Below are positions 43,115 to 52,544 of a stretch of DNA of 64,000 nucleotides, piece after piece. The position numbers and the translations under genes were made by a program. The stretch covers positions 96,001 to 160,000 of the forward strand of contig JAITVV010000092.1 of assembly GCA_031285625.1 (NCBI GenBank). The letters run 5' to 3'. The DNA comes from Prevotella sp. (GTDB lineage: Bacteria > Bacteroidota > Bacteroidia > Bacteroidales > Dysgonomonadaceae). A model generated the notes under the pieces. That model saw only the letters and a list, made by a program, of their open reading frames with translations. It ran no database searches and was not told where the DNA came from. How positions within the stretch are numbered: the first letter of the stretch is position 1; every line of letters begins with the position of its first letter.

Positions 43115-44005
43115 TTATATACTTAGTTGCACAAATTCTTTTATAAAGTTTTTATCCAGTGTCTCGCGCCAGGTTCGCATAGAGTGAAAAGCATCCGTTT
43201 CGGAAAGCATCAGATAATTCAATACATTCTGATTTACGTTAGCATCACTCCGAAGCCTGACTCCCGAACCGCTGACATCACCCAAAGCACAGATTGCCGT
43301 TTTCTTGGCCAGACTGATGTCTATATACGAACCAGCCTGCTTGGTATCGAACATATAAGGTGGATAGTAATTCTTATATTTCCCATTTATAGTCTTTACT
43401 TTATCGGTACATATATGATAAAAACTTGTCACCTTAATACCATGTATCTCAGGGATAATAAATACTGAATCGGGATTTATGCCTGCATGAGTAACCTCCA
43501 GTGATTCCAGCATAGATACAAATTCTATTAGCCGGGAGAATATCCAGTTCACGTGTTTATTTTTTTCATTTTCAGGGAGTAAACCGATTGCCTTGTTTAA
43601 CGGAATACACTTATATCCGGATTTATAAACCAGTTGATTCCCTTCAAAATCAAGATTAGATGGTATATACTGCATAAAGTGGCTGAAAGACTGCGCATTA
43701 AAATTACTCTTAGCCAAAAATATGATTTTATCATAGTTCACCTTGGACTTCTTAAGCAAATCAACATCACCTTCCCACCTATGGACCAGATAATTGGAAC
43801 GGAATATTCCCGATTCATCCCGAAACTCGTAACCTCTCTCAAAATCCGTTTTCAGATTATTAAGATGGGTAAAAGCCAAGACAGCATCTTTATCTTTATT
43901 TACATCCGGGTGAAGATTTTTTGCTAAAATCTTATAATCCGCGTGGTCTTTACAAATGTCAGGATACCAGTTTGTAGATAATATTCTATTGATGTAGTTG
44001 TTCAT
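43115..44005 (-). CDS. Minimal J-domain (HPD) fused to a degenerate protein-kinase-like domain
   Basis: YKILAKNLHPDVN...AFTHLN; WIFSRLIE...VTHAGINPDSVFI (catalytic-loop-like, no Asp at the HxD position). Confidence 0.7.
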   Translation of the reverse strand: MNNYINRILSTNWYPDICKDHADYKILAKNLHPDVNKDKDAVLAFTHLNNLKTDFERGYEFRDESGIFRSNYLVHRWEGDVDLLKKSKVNYDKIIFLAKSNFNAQSFSHFMQYIPSNLDFEGNQLVYKSGYKCIPLNKAIGLLPENEKNKHVNWIFSRLIEFVSMLESLEVTHAGINPDSVFIIPEIHGIKVTSFYHICTDKVKTINGKYKNYYPPYMFDTKQAGSYIDISLAKKTAICALGDVSGSGVRLRSDANVNQNVLNYLMLSETDAFHSMRTWRETLDKNFIKEFVQLSI

Positions 44006-44048
44006 AAGTTTGGTTGTTAATGATTAAAATAATATATCTATGAGGGAT

Positions 44049-44076
44049 GAGATTCTTCACTTCGTTCAGAATGACA
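44049..44076. repeat. Half copy of the REP-like repeat
   Basis: GAGATTCTTCACTTCGTTCAGAATGACA. Confidence 0.7.
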
Positions 44077-44099
44077 AAACAATAGATACATATTCTCCA

Positions 44100-44801
44100 T
44101 TACAATTCAAAGTAAAATCCATCTTTCGACAATTTCTCATATTTCTCTTTGTCGAAACTATACAGTTTTGGTGCCCTGTTTGGCGCTCCGCTTAGAAACT
44201 CATTTTTATCAATCAGAAGACCGAAGCTCAGCATTTTCTTTCTGAAATTGCGTCTGTCCATCTTTGTTTGTAGAACGGTTTCGTAGAGTTGATGCAGCTC
44301 AGGCAAAGTAAATTCCTCCGGTAACAGTTCAAAACCAATAGGCTGATATTTTATTTTCCCTTTTAGTCTTTCAATTGCCATTTTCAGAATTTCCTGATGG
44401 TCAAAAGCCAAGTCAGGAACTTCTGAAAGAGGAAACCATTTTATATTAGCCGTATCCGTTCCTGCCTGCGCATCATAATCGGATAGTTTAACTAATGCAT
44501 AATAGGCAATACTCACCACCCGGTAACGGGGGTCACGCTCTACTGCCGAAAAAGTGTAAAGCTGCTCCATAAATAAATCAGACAGACAAGTCTCTTCCAA
44601 TAATTTACGTCGAGCACAGGTTTCTGCATCTTCATTCATATCAAGGAATCCACCAGGCAGTGCCCATCTGCCTTTATAGGGCTCAATACCCCTCTCAATC
44701 AACAGTATTTTCAATTCTCCTTCATCGAATCCGAATATAACACAGTCAGTCGTCACTGCCGGTCTCGGATATTCATAAATGTAACTTCCCGGTTGTTCCA
44801 T
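44100..44801 (-). CDS. nrtR: Nudix-related transcriptional regulator NrtR
   Basis: YPRPAVTTDCVIF, WALPGGF, degenerate Nudix box (RRKLLEETCL), RDPR, AFDH, wHTH FTLPEL...DRRNFRKK. Confidence 0.93.
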   Translation of the reverse strand: MEQPGSYIYEYPRPAVTTDCVIFGFDEGELKILLIERGIEPYKGRWALPGGFLDMNEDAETCARRKLLEETCLSDLFMEQLYTFSAVERDPRYRVVSIAYYALVKLSDYDAQAGTDTANIKWFPLSEVPDLAFDHQEILKMAIERLKGKIKYQPIGFELLPEEFTLPELHQLYETVLQTKMDRRNFRKKMLSFGLLIDKNEFLSGAPNRAPKLYSFDKEKYEKLSKDGFYFEL

Positions 44802-44869
44802 ATTTTTTATTTCAAAATTCTAAGTTGTAAAAAGAGGTTTAATTAAAAATATCAGAGTATTATCTTCTT

Positions 44870-44939
44870 TGTCATTCTGAATGTAATGAAGAATCTCGAC
44901 CCTCCGGACATGAGATGTTTCACTACGTTCAACATGACA
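44870..44939. repeat. REP-like hairpin repeat, short form
   Basis: TGTCATTCTGAATGTAATGAAGAATCTCG...GAGATGTTTCACTACGTTCAACATGACA, in the nrtR 5' leader. Confidence 0.85.
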
Positions 44940-44979
44940 AAGAGAAAAAATTACTTTTGAGGCTCTTACCATCCTATAG

Positions 44980-45052
44980 TTAGCGTAATTTTTACGCAAA
45001 TATATATGGTTATTTTTTATCTGCAAAATATTTGGCGTAATTTTTACGCAAA
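44980..45052 (-). promoter_or_regulatory. Paired NrtR-type operators and -7 promoter of the nrtR operon
   Basis: TTAGCGTAATTTTTACGCAAA (44980-45000) and TTGGCGTAATTTTTACGCAAA (45032-45052); TATATTTG on minus at 44997-45004. Confidence 0.88.
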
Positions 45053-45060
45053 CTACAAAA

Positions 45061-46083
45061 TTATTCTTGATTATTATATAGTTCTTTAGCCAAACGAAAT
45101 TTCCAACCAAAAAAATCGACCAAAGACTGAGGAGATAATACCTTTATGCTATTAGCAAAGCCGAAAATCTCCCGTTGTAATTCCTGATTAATCACAACCT
45201 CTATTTCAAATACAATGGAACCATCTTCGTTTTCTTTGACAACCTTCTGGCTTTTGTGGAAAGGCTTTGTCCTTATATAGGGAGCGTTTTGCTTATCTGC
45301 CCAGAAACGTACGACTTCCGCCTCCTGATTCAATGTTTTTGTAACACCTATAACATTATCGAAGAAAGTGGTTGTGTCGAATATTGTATTTTCATGGTAT
45401 GGTTCGTTTTCGGCAATATCCAGGCTATGAATCCTATCCAAAGCCAGATTCATAAGCATAGGTGTTCCTTTTTTTACTCCGAATACAAACCAGCGGTTAC
45501 GATACTCTTTCAGCAGGTAAGGATAAAAAATAAATGTAGAGGCCGAACGTGCTTTAAACGAACGGTATTTCATTTCCAGCGATTGCTTATTGGCAATAGC
45601 ATGATAGATTGCATCGAGGTAATCCAGTCCCTTCAGGCTTTCATTCTTCTCAAAATCGATAACAGGTACGGTTTTCTGTTTAGCAGAAGTTACATGGTCT
45701 TCGAGACGGCTAACAATATCGTCCATCCCCGTGAAATAAGAAAAACTTTTGAATTGCCTAAGTACCTCAACAGCTTCTGACATTACTTTGAGGTCTTGCT
45801 CCGACAAAGGTGTATTTGTTATACTATAGTCCTCATCTTCATAGGTGTAATACTTATTATCGTAGACAATAATAGGTGCGTTATACCCTAGTTTTTCACT
45901 GCGCATCATCTGTATATCCATTTGCACGGTGCGCTTGCTGATTCCTTTATCAATACCTTCGTATTCATACAAGGCATCCGAACAGGCATCAATCAGGTCT
46001 TCGAGTGTCCATCTACGGTACTTGTTTCGCAGGCAGGTGTCTATTGTTTTATAGCGTATCAGTGCGTTTCTGTTTGCTGGCAT
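45061..46083 (-). CDS. WYL-domain transcriptional regulator (HTH-WYL-WCX)
   Basis: N-terminal HTH (ISKRTVQMDIQMMR), PYLLKEYRNRWFVFG, LALDRI, PFHKSQ, VLSPQSL. Confidence 0.93.
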   Translation of the reverse strand: MPANRNALIRYKTIDTCLRNKYRRWTLEDLIDACSDALYEYEGIDKGISKRTVQMDIQMMRSEKLGYNAPIIVYDNKYYTYEDEDYSITNTPLSEQDLKVMSEAVEVLRQFKSFSYFTGMDDIVSRLEDHVTSAKQKTVPVIDFEKNESLKGLDYLDAIYHAIANKQSLEMKYRSFKARSASTFIFYPYLLKEYRNRWFVFGVKKGTPMLMNLALDRIHSLDIAENEPYHENTIFDTTTFFDNVIGVTKTLNQEAEVVRFWADKQNAPYIRTKPFHKSQKVVKENEDGSIVFEIEVVINQELQREIFGFANSIKVLSPQSLVDFFGWKFRLAKELYNNQE

Positions 46084-46085
46084 AG

Positions 46086-46451
46086 TTATTCATATTTACT
46101 ATATTTCTTAATCCATCCGTCATCACCAAGCAGTTCACCTGCAAGCCCGTCACTTTCATCAACCAGATTATGAAAGACTTCTTTTTCACCGAGATAACCG
46201 ACTAAATACTCTTCATTTTGCTCAAATAACGTTAATGTATTAAATAGCTGATTATCTATAGTATCCATAATAACACGATGTAAAATTGATTTTGCATTCT
46301 CGTCCAATTGAGAAATAAAAGTATGCAGTTTAAGGCTATTGGCATCCTTCATCTTTCCCTCTATAATCCTATTATATTTGTCAATTGTCCTATCTCTTAC
46401 ATTTTCAATAAGCAGCTCTCCAAAAGTATTTAGTTTATCATTTGCTTTCAT
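46086..46451 (-). CDS. Hypothetical protein (immunity-protein-like)
   Basis: 121 aa, acidic; VRDRTID...DGLAGEL..DDGWIKKYS. Confidence 0.6.
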   Translation of the reverse strand: MKANDKLNTFGELLIENVRDRTIDKYNRIIEGKMKDANSLKLHTFISQLDENAKSILHRVIMDTIDNQLFNTLTLFEQNEEYLVGYLGEKEVFHNLVDESDGLAGELLGDDGWIKKYSKYE

Positions 46452-46502
46452 AATCTTATTTCTTTTTCTCCCAAATCTTTTTTATTATACTATTCATAGT
46501 TT

Positions 46503-47105
<603 letters not shown>

Positions 47106-47130
47106 TCAAAAATAGAGAAAAATATTCAGG

Positions 47131-47150
47131 TTGCGCAAATGAATTGCGTT
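47131..47150 (-). promoter_or_regulatory. Candidate WYL-regulator site
   Basis: Minus-strand AACGCAATTCATTTGCGCAA, matching the site at 54037-54056. Confidence 0.55.
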
Positions 47151-47186
47151 ATATTTTAATATTCTGTAATAGGCTTGCAAAAAAAT

Positions 47187-47216
47187 AAAAAGGGTATCCA
47201 GTCGGATACCCTTTTT
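47187..47216 (-). terminator. Intrinsic terminator after the spondin gene
   Basis: AAAAAGGGTATCC-AGTC-GGATACCCTTTTT perfect hairpin. Confidence 0.85.
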
Positions 47217-47236
47217 GAACAACTTATTAAATAACC

Positions 47237-48490
47237 TTATTTAATAGTAACTTTAATCGTGTTAGCTACAGTCGGTATAGGGAAAGTATTATCGACTTTC
47301 TTTATCACAGCATCTTCAACTTGTGATGTACCCCCAAATAAAGACTGACCATTACCGGCACCCGGATACTGGCTAACAGCTGTACCATCATCGAACAGTA
47401 CTGTCTTACTGGTTAAGTCTCCTTTATAGCTAGCCAAAATCGATTCCTCATTAGCATAGAACCAGTCGTTACCATATCCAAACATCGTAACATATGCAAT
47501 CTTATCTCCATCCCATGCCTTGAATTTAACTTCAGCACTTTTTCCCGGGTTAATCGGTTCTGAATTAGCTACGAATAAATATCTTACATTAGACATTCCC
47601 GAAAGAGCGGATTTCAGTTTAGATTCGTCTCCATTTTGAGCAAGTTCTTTAAGACCAATATTAGCATCTTTCTTATCAAGTTGATAAATTGGATTAACAT
47701 CACCTGTATAAACAACTACCAAAACAGGAGAAAGAGTGGTAATAATACCAGTCATCTCACTAACCATATCTCCTAATGGTTGATTATTTCCATTTTCAGC
47801 AAGTGCTGTAAGTTGGGCAGATGATTTTTCGTCTCCTTTGAAGAATGGCTCTCTTTTGACATATTCACCTCCCAACATATTAGACACAACCCATACTCCA
47901 GAAGATAGTGGAGTTTCATTAATTGTACCATTACTGTTATTTTTGATAGTAAGCGTAAATTCTGAAGTAACAGCATCGTAAGTTAAGTTTAGCTTTACAA
48001 GATCTGATGCCGGACGATATAAATTGCCTTGAGCATCCTGCGTCTCTACTTTCTTTATCGTACCATCTTCAGGATCGCCAGGATGAGCGATACCAGATCC
48101 CGGTTGTTTATTTATTCTGGTACCATTGTCCCATAAATGAATTTGTGATGACACATCTCCAGTACGGGCTTTTCCGTCTCCATCAAATAATTCTACTCCC
48201 GGATTTTCAGGTGCAAAAAATAAATCATTGGAGTAACCATACATTGTAGCAAACATCAGACGTTGCCCTTTTCCAGCATGAAATTTGATATCTACCGAGT
48301 TACCCGGAAGTATACCGTCAAATTTACCACTTTGGACAAACTCTTTAAGAACCACTTTATTCTCAAATGTAATAGTGGATTCCAAATCATAATAATCATC
48401 AGCATCGTCATCATCGCTACAAGAGCTGAACGACAAACCAGTAATTAATAGCACTGTTAAAAATGCAATTGATAAAAATTTCTTTTTCAT
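47237..48490 (-). CDS. Spondin_N-domain lipoprotein
   Basis: Lipobox FSSC, two repeats of FATMYGYSNDLFF / YVTMFGYGNDWFY and WDNGT / FDDGT. Confidence 0.85.
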   Translation of the reverse strand: MKKKFLSIAFLTVLLITGLSFSSCSDDDDADDYYDLESTITFENKVVLKEFVQSGKFDGILPGNSVDIKFHAGKGQRLMFATMYGYSNDLFFAPENPGVELFDGDGKARTGDVSSQIHLWDNGTRINKQPGSGIAHPGDPEDGTIKKVETQDAQGNLYRPASDLVKLNLTYDAVTSEFTLTIKNNSNGTINETPLSSGVWVVSNMLGGEYVKREPFFKGDEKSSAQLTALAENGNNQPLGDMVSEMTGIITTLSPVLVVVYTGDVNPIYQLDKKDANIGLKELAQNGDESKLKSALSGMSNVRYLFVANSEPINPGKSAEVKFKAWDGDKIAYVTMFGYGNDWFYANEESILASYKGDLTSKTVLFDDGTAVSQYPGAGNGQSLFGGTSQVEDAVIKKVDNTFPIPTVANTIKVTIK

Positions 48491-48727
48491 AAGATCTTAA
48501 TTTTTTTTGTGAAATGTATTAAATGGACATTTATTCATACCCTATATAACAAGTGCTATTTTTCAAAAGTTGAGTGATTTTATAGCAAAAAGTGACAAAT
48601 TAACGTTCAATAAGTAATTTTAGAATTAAAACTCGATTTTTTCTTAAAAAACTCATCATTCATAACATATTTTTAAATCAATTTAACACCAATAGAAATT
48701 TACATTAAAGGCTTTTCGAATGATAGA

Positions 48728-48759
48728 TTTGATTTGGCTAAAAAATCTTTATATCTTTG
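48728..48759 (+). promoter_or_regulatory. Bacteroidota -33/-7 promoter of the RNA ligase operon
   Basis: TTTG (48728-48731), 20-bp spacer, TATCTTTG (48752-48759). Confidence 0.6.
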
Positions 48760-48788
48760 TTCATATTATTTATAACTGTTTATAATTG

Positions 48789-48866
48789 ATGTCATGTAAT
48801 TGTTTAGGATACATACCGGGAGCCTTCCCGGAGATTGGAGACCGCAAGCTGTAACTTGTAGGTCTT
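48789..48866 (+). promoter_or_regulatory. Putative leader peptide (21 aa) with attenuator hairpins
   Basis: uORF 48789-48854 MSCNCLGYIPGAFPEIGDRKL; hairpins CCGGGA/TCCCGG and AGACCGCAAG/CTTGTAGGTCT, with the stop codon in the second loop. Confidence 0.4.
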
Positions 48867-48904
48867 AGCTATTGTATTCTATATTCATTAAAAACAATTA
48901 CATA

Positions 48905-49603
48905 ATGTTATCACAAAAATATGGTCGCACATACCATTTTCCGTTTTCGCCCGGAACTACAAGCGACGACCGAATCAATCATACATACTGGGATGATATC
49001 CAACAGATAAAAACCCTTATTCATACAGAGAAACTGGATGGCGAAAATAACTGTCTTAATCAGTTCGGGGTATTTGCACGTTCGCATGCAGCACCTACAA
49101 CCTCAGCCTGGACAACCCAGCTGCGTGAACGGTGGGAGCTGATAAAACGCGACTTAGGAGAAATCGAACTTTTTGGAGAAAATCTGTATGCAGTGCATTC
49201 TATTGAATATAAACAGATAGAATCCTACTATTACATATTTGCAGTCCGTTGTCTCGATAAATGGTTATCATGGGAAGAGGTAAAATTCTATGCTGCAATG
49301 TTTGATCTTCCTACTGTACCCGAAATTGCAGCTCATTCAGTAAACAATCTCACAAAAGATAGTCTGGAGAAGCAGATTATAGCATTGGCTAATGAACCCA
49401 GCATATTTGGCTCTATTGACACTCAGACTGAAGAAGATTGTACACGGGAAGGCATTGTTACACGAAACGCAGAGGAATATGCAGCAAAAGATTTTGCCCA
49501 CAATGTATTCAAATATGTAAGAAAAGGACATGTAAAAACAGGAGAGCATTGGACCCGTAACTGGAAACGGGCTCAGCTTATTTGGGAAAGGGGAAAAATA
49601 TGA
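48905..49603 (+). CDS. ATP-dependent RNA ligase family protein
   Basis: Motif I TEKLDGEN, FGENLYA, motif IV EGIV, motif V FKYVR; start moved to MLSQKYGRT. Confidence 0.88.
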   Translation: MLSQKYGRTYHFPFSPGTTSDDRINHTYWDDIQQIKTLIHTEKLDGENNCLNQFGVFARSHAAPTTSAWTTQLRERWELIKRDLGEIELFGENLYAVHSIEYKQIESYYYIFAVRCLDKWLSWEEVKFYAAMFDLPTVPEIAAHSVNNLTKDSLEKQIIALANEPSIFGSIDTQTEEDCTREGIVTRNAEEYAAKDFAHNVFKYVRKGHVKTGEHWTRNWKRAQLIWERGKI

Positions 49604-49813
49604 AGAATGATACACGAATAAACGGAATTATATCCCCCCAAAATTATCTAATATAAAGATCGTAAACTATAAGTCATAAAAGAAAAAGTAACAATAAAAA
49701 ACAAGTAAAATAGTGTCACCTTTGTCACTTTTTAACATAAATCACATTGATTACTATATGTTTAAATATTTTAAGAAAGGTGTCACTTTTTTATATATGA
49801 TAAAATATAAATT

Positions 49814-50932
49814 ATGGAAAAGATTTGGAAACTGACACAAGATAAAAATTGGGATGCATTGGAAAAGCAATTCCAATGGGTAAATGATATGAGTAATGTA
49901 CCACAACATAAAATACATCACGGAGAAGGTAATGTTGCCAAACATACACAAATGGTATTGGACGAGCTCATCAAACTTCCCCAATACAATACATTATCAG
50001 AGCAAGATAAAGAAATATTATGGGTTAGTGCTTTGTTGCATGATGTGGAAAAACGATCTACATCACAGGACGATGGATTTGGTAAGGTTTCGGCAAACGG
50101 ACATGCGCGCAGAGGAGAATATACAACACGTACTATTCTTTTCAGGGATATCCCTACCCCATTTCATATCCGTGAAAAAATAGCTTCATTGGTACGCTTT
50201 CATGGATTACCATTATGGTTATTAGAAAAAGTAGAGCCGGCAAAAAAAATACATGAAGTATCGTTAAGGCTTGACACCTCACAATTAAAAACGCTTGCAG
50301 AAGCAGATGCAAAAGGAAGAATATGTGAAGATCTGCCTCAATTGATGGAATCATTGGAATTATTTGAATTGTTCTGTAAAGAGCAAGGTTGTTGGGGTAA
50401 AGCTTTAGAATTTGAGACACCCAATGCAAGGTTTCAGTATTTTAACTCGATAGACGGATATATAGGATATGTTCCTTTCGACGATTTTAAGAGTGAAGTC
50501 ACAATACTTTCCGGATTACCGGGCATGGGAAAAGATCATTACATTCAATCCTTAAAAACTGATATTCCGGTAATAAGCCTTGATGCTATCCGCCGCAAAC
50601 ATAAACTAAGCCCGACAGACAGGTCTGCCACAGGGTGGGTAGTACAAACGGCCAAAGAGCAAGCTCGCGAATACCTTCGCAAAGGACAAAATTTTATATG
50701 GAATGCAACTAATATTACACGACTTATGCGGCAGCAACTAGTCGATTTGTTTACATTATACGACGCAAAAGTAAATATCGTTTATCTGGAAAAGCCATAT
50801 GATAAATGGCGTACTCAAAATCGTAATCGTGAGTACCCATTACCTGAAAACGTATTGAATAAGATGCTATATAAATTGGAAATACCTCAACTCGTAGAAG
50901 CACACGACGTGAAATATATTATAGAAGAGTAG
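49814..50932 (+). CDS. HD-Pnk end-healing enzyme (HD phosphoesterase + polynucleotide kinase)
   Basis: HHGEG..HT, LLHDVEK, ADAKGR, P-loop GLPGMGKD, SLDAIR, WNATN. Confidence 0.85.
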   Translation: MEKIWKLTQDKNWDALEKQFQWVNDMSNVPQHKIHHGEGNVAKHTQMVLDELIKLPQYNTLSEQDKEILWVSALLHDVEKRSTSQDDGFGKVSANGHARRGEYTTRTILFRDIPTPFHIREKIASLVRFHGLPLWLLEKVEPAKKIHEVSLRLDTSQLKTLAEADAKGRICEDLPQLMESLELFELFCKEQGCWGKALEFETPNARFQYFNSIDGYIGYVPFDDFKSEVTILSGLPGMGKDHYIQSLKTDIPVISLDAIRRKHKLSPTDRSATGWVVQTAKEQAREYLRKGQNFIWNATNITRLMRQQLVDLFTLYDAKVNIVYLEKPYDKWRTQNRNREYPLPENVLNKMLYKLEIPQLVEAHDVKYIIEE

Positions 50933-50943
50933 TCAAGAATTAC

Positions 50944-50987
50944 TAATATAATTTAAGGTGTTGCTTATGTTTCGCCTTAAATTATAT
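50944..50987 (+). terminator. Hairpin after HD-Pnk
   Basis: AATATAATTTAAGGTG...CGCCTTAAATTATATT. Confidence 0.55.
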
Positions 50988-51068
50988 TCAATATCCATCT
51001 ATTTTTCGTACGTTTGCTAATATAAGAAATGAACAGGTCTACTTCCTTAACTTTTTATCTAAGCAATA

Positions 51069-52025
51069 ATGTCAATCTTTACTATACTCGTTATAATATT
51101 CATTATAGTACCTATTATTAAAAGCATATTTAAGCATTATAATGAACAAAAGCCGCATTCTACCGGCTATAATTGGGGGAAATTATATTCAGCAAGACTT
51201 CGTTCGATATTAAGTTCCTATAATAATTTACGAGATGAGGAGATTATTGACAGTGCCATCGGATTTTATCTTTTTAGTTATAATGACGACACGAATGAAT
51301 TCATCTTCATACAAGAAGAAGATATCGCTATTATAAATCATTTTACTTATATGCAACTTATAAGCTATAATATCAGGAACACACGGGATTACAATATCAT
51401 TATAGATCTAAAAACGACTGTACCTAATAAGACACATATTTCCATCGAATGCTTTAATAGAGAAATTGCTCTGAAAAAGATACCATACTTAACATCAAGC
51501 CCTTCTGAATTTGATAATTTATATCAAATTGAAAAAGAGAAAGTAGAAGAAGTAGAATACATACTTCAGGAAATTCTTGAAAAACGTGGTAATACTGAAC
51601 AACCTCCAGTATATAAGGAAGAGGCTATAACTAATGAGGTTCCTATATATACTATCCCTATACCCGTAGAAGATGAAGTTCAGGTAATTGATGTCAAAGA
51701 AGAAATCATTCCGACAGAAATAGAGGAGGATGTTCCAGTATTGGGCGAACTAGTAACGGAAGAGGAAGAGCTTTTATACGAAACTCCATATTATGAAACT
51801 TCTCAACTTGAAGAATTAGTTACCAAGCAATCTGATAAAGAGGATAAGATACCAGTAACAGAAGAAAGCAGTGGTGAGATTGAAGTATCTTTATCTGATA
51901 TCGATGACTATTCCCGGGGGAAATTTCTGGATTGGGAAATACAGTCGGCAGTAGGTGACGCAAAAATAAAAGGACAGAAATCGATCTATCTCAGTGCCGA
52001 ACAATTAGAGAAACTAAAATCGTAA
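51069..52025 (+). CDS. Membrane-anchored hypothetical protein with an acidic C-terminal region
   Basis: N-terminal TM helix, Glu-rich linker. Confidence 0.7.
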   Translation: MSIFTILVIIFIIVPIIKSIFKHYNEQKPHSTGYNWGKLYSARLRSILSSYNNLRDEEIIDSAIGFYLFSYNDDTNEFIFIQEEDIAIINHFTYMQLISYNIRNTRDYNIIIDLKTTVPNKTHISIECFNREIALKKIPYLTSSPSEFDNLYQIEKEKVEEVEYILQEILEKRGNTEQPPVYKEEAITNEVPIYTIPIPVEDEVQVIDVKEEIIPTEIEEDVPVLGELVTEEEELLYETPYYETSQLEELVTKQSDKEDKIPVTEESSGEIEVSLSDIDDYSRGKFLDWEIQSAVGDAKIKGQKSIYLSAEQLEKLKS

Positions 52026-52113
52026 ATAATAAACATTTTAAAGAGAAAACCGTTTATAAATAAGTTCTGTAATACAATATAACAGAAATTATTACTTTAT
52101 AAACAATTTAATT

Positions 52114-52473
52114 ATGTACAAATTAATTCTAAGCTTGCTAACAATGACCTTATTTTTAGGTGCATGCAGCAGCTCACAAAAAAACACCGATTCAGAAAAT
52201 GTAGAAACCCTGGTAATAGCATCACAGCAAGGTGATTGTGTAGGTGTAGCGCCTATGGAATGTTTTCTTGTAAAAAAAGATGGGCAAACCGAATGGGAGT
52301 TCTTTTATAACAATATAGAGGGTTTTAATTACGAACCTGGAAACGAATATGTAATAGAGGTAAAAACCGAAAAGATAGAAACTCCTGCTGCTGATCAATC
52401 ATCTTTAAAATATACTTTAGTGAAAGAAGTATCGAAGACACAAAAGACATCAGAAAATTTGCCTGTCAAATAA
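52114..52473 (+). CDS. DUF4377-domain lipoprotein
   Basis: LGAC lipobox, CVGVAPMECF, IEGFNYEPGNEY, ADQSSLKY. Confidence 0.88.
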   Translation: MYKLILSLLTMTLFLGACSSSQKNTDSENVETLVIASQQGDCVGVAPMECFLVKKDGQTEWEFFYNNIEGFNYEPGNEYVIEVKTEKIETPAADQSSLKYTLVKEVSKTQKTSENLPVK

Positions 52474-52544
52474 ATACTTTCAATGAGATAAATAGAATAA
52501 AGCTTACATGAATTTATGTAAGCCTTATCTTTTAAATTAGTAAG

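Noticed and set aside
44820-45110. 96-aa ORF upstream of nrtR
   Set aside because: It spans the operators, promoter and REP repeat; spurious
49600-49656. 18-aa ORF coupled (ATGA) to the RNA ligase stop
   Set aside because: Too short to call; may be a remnant of a deleted gene but this cannot be supported from sequence alone
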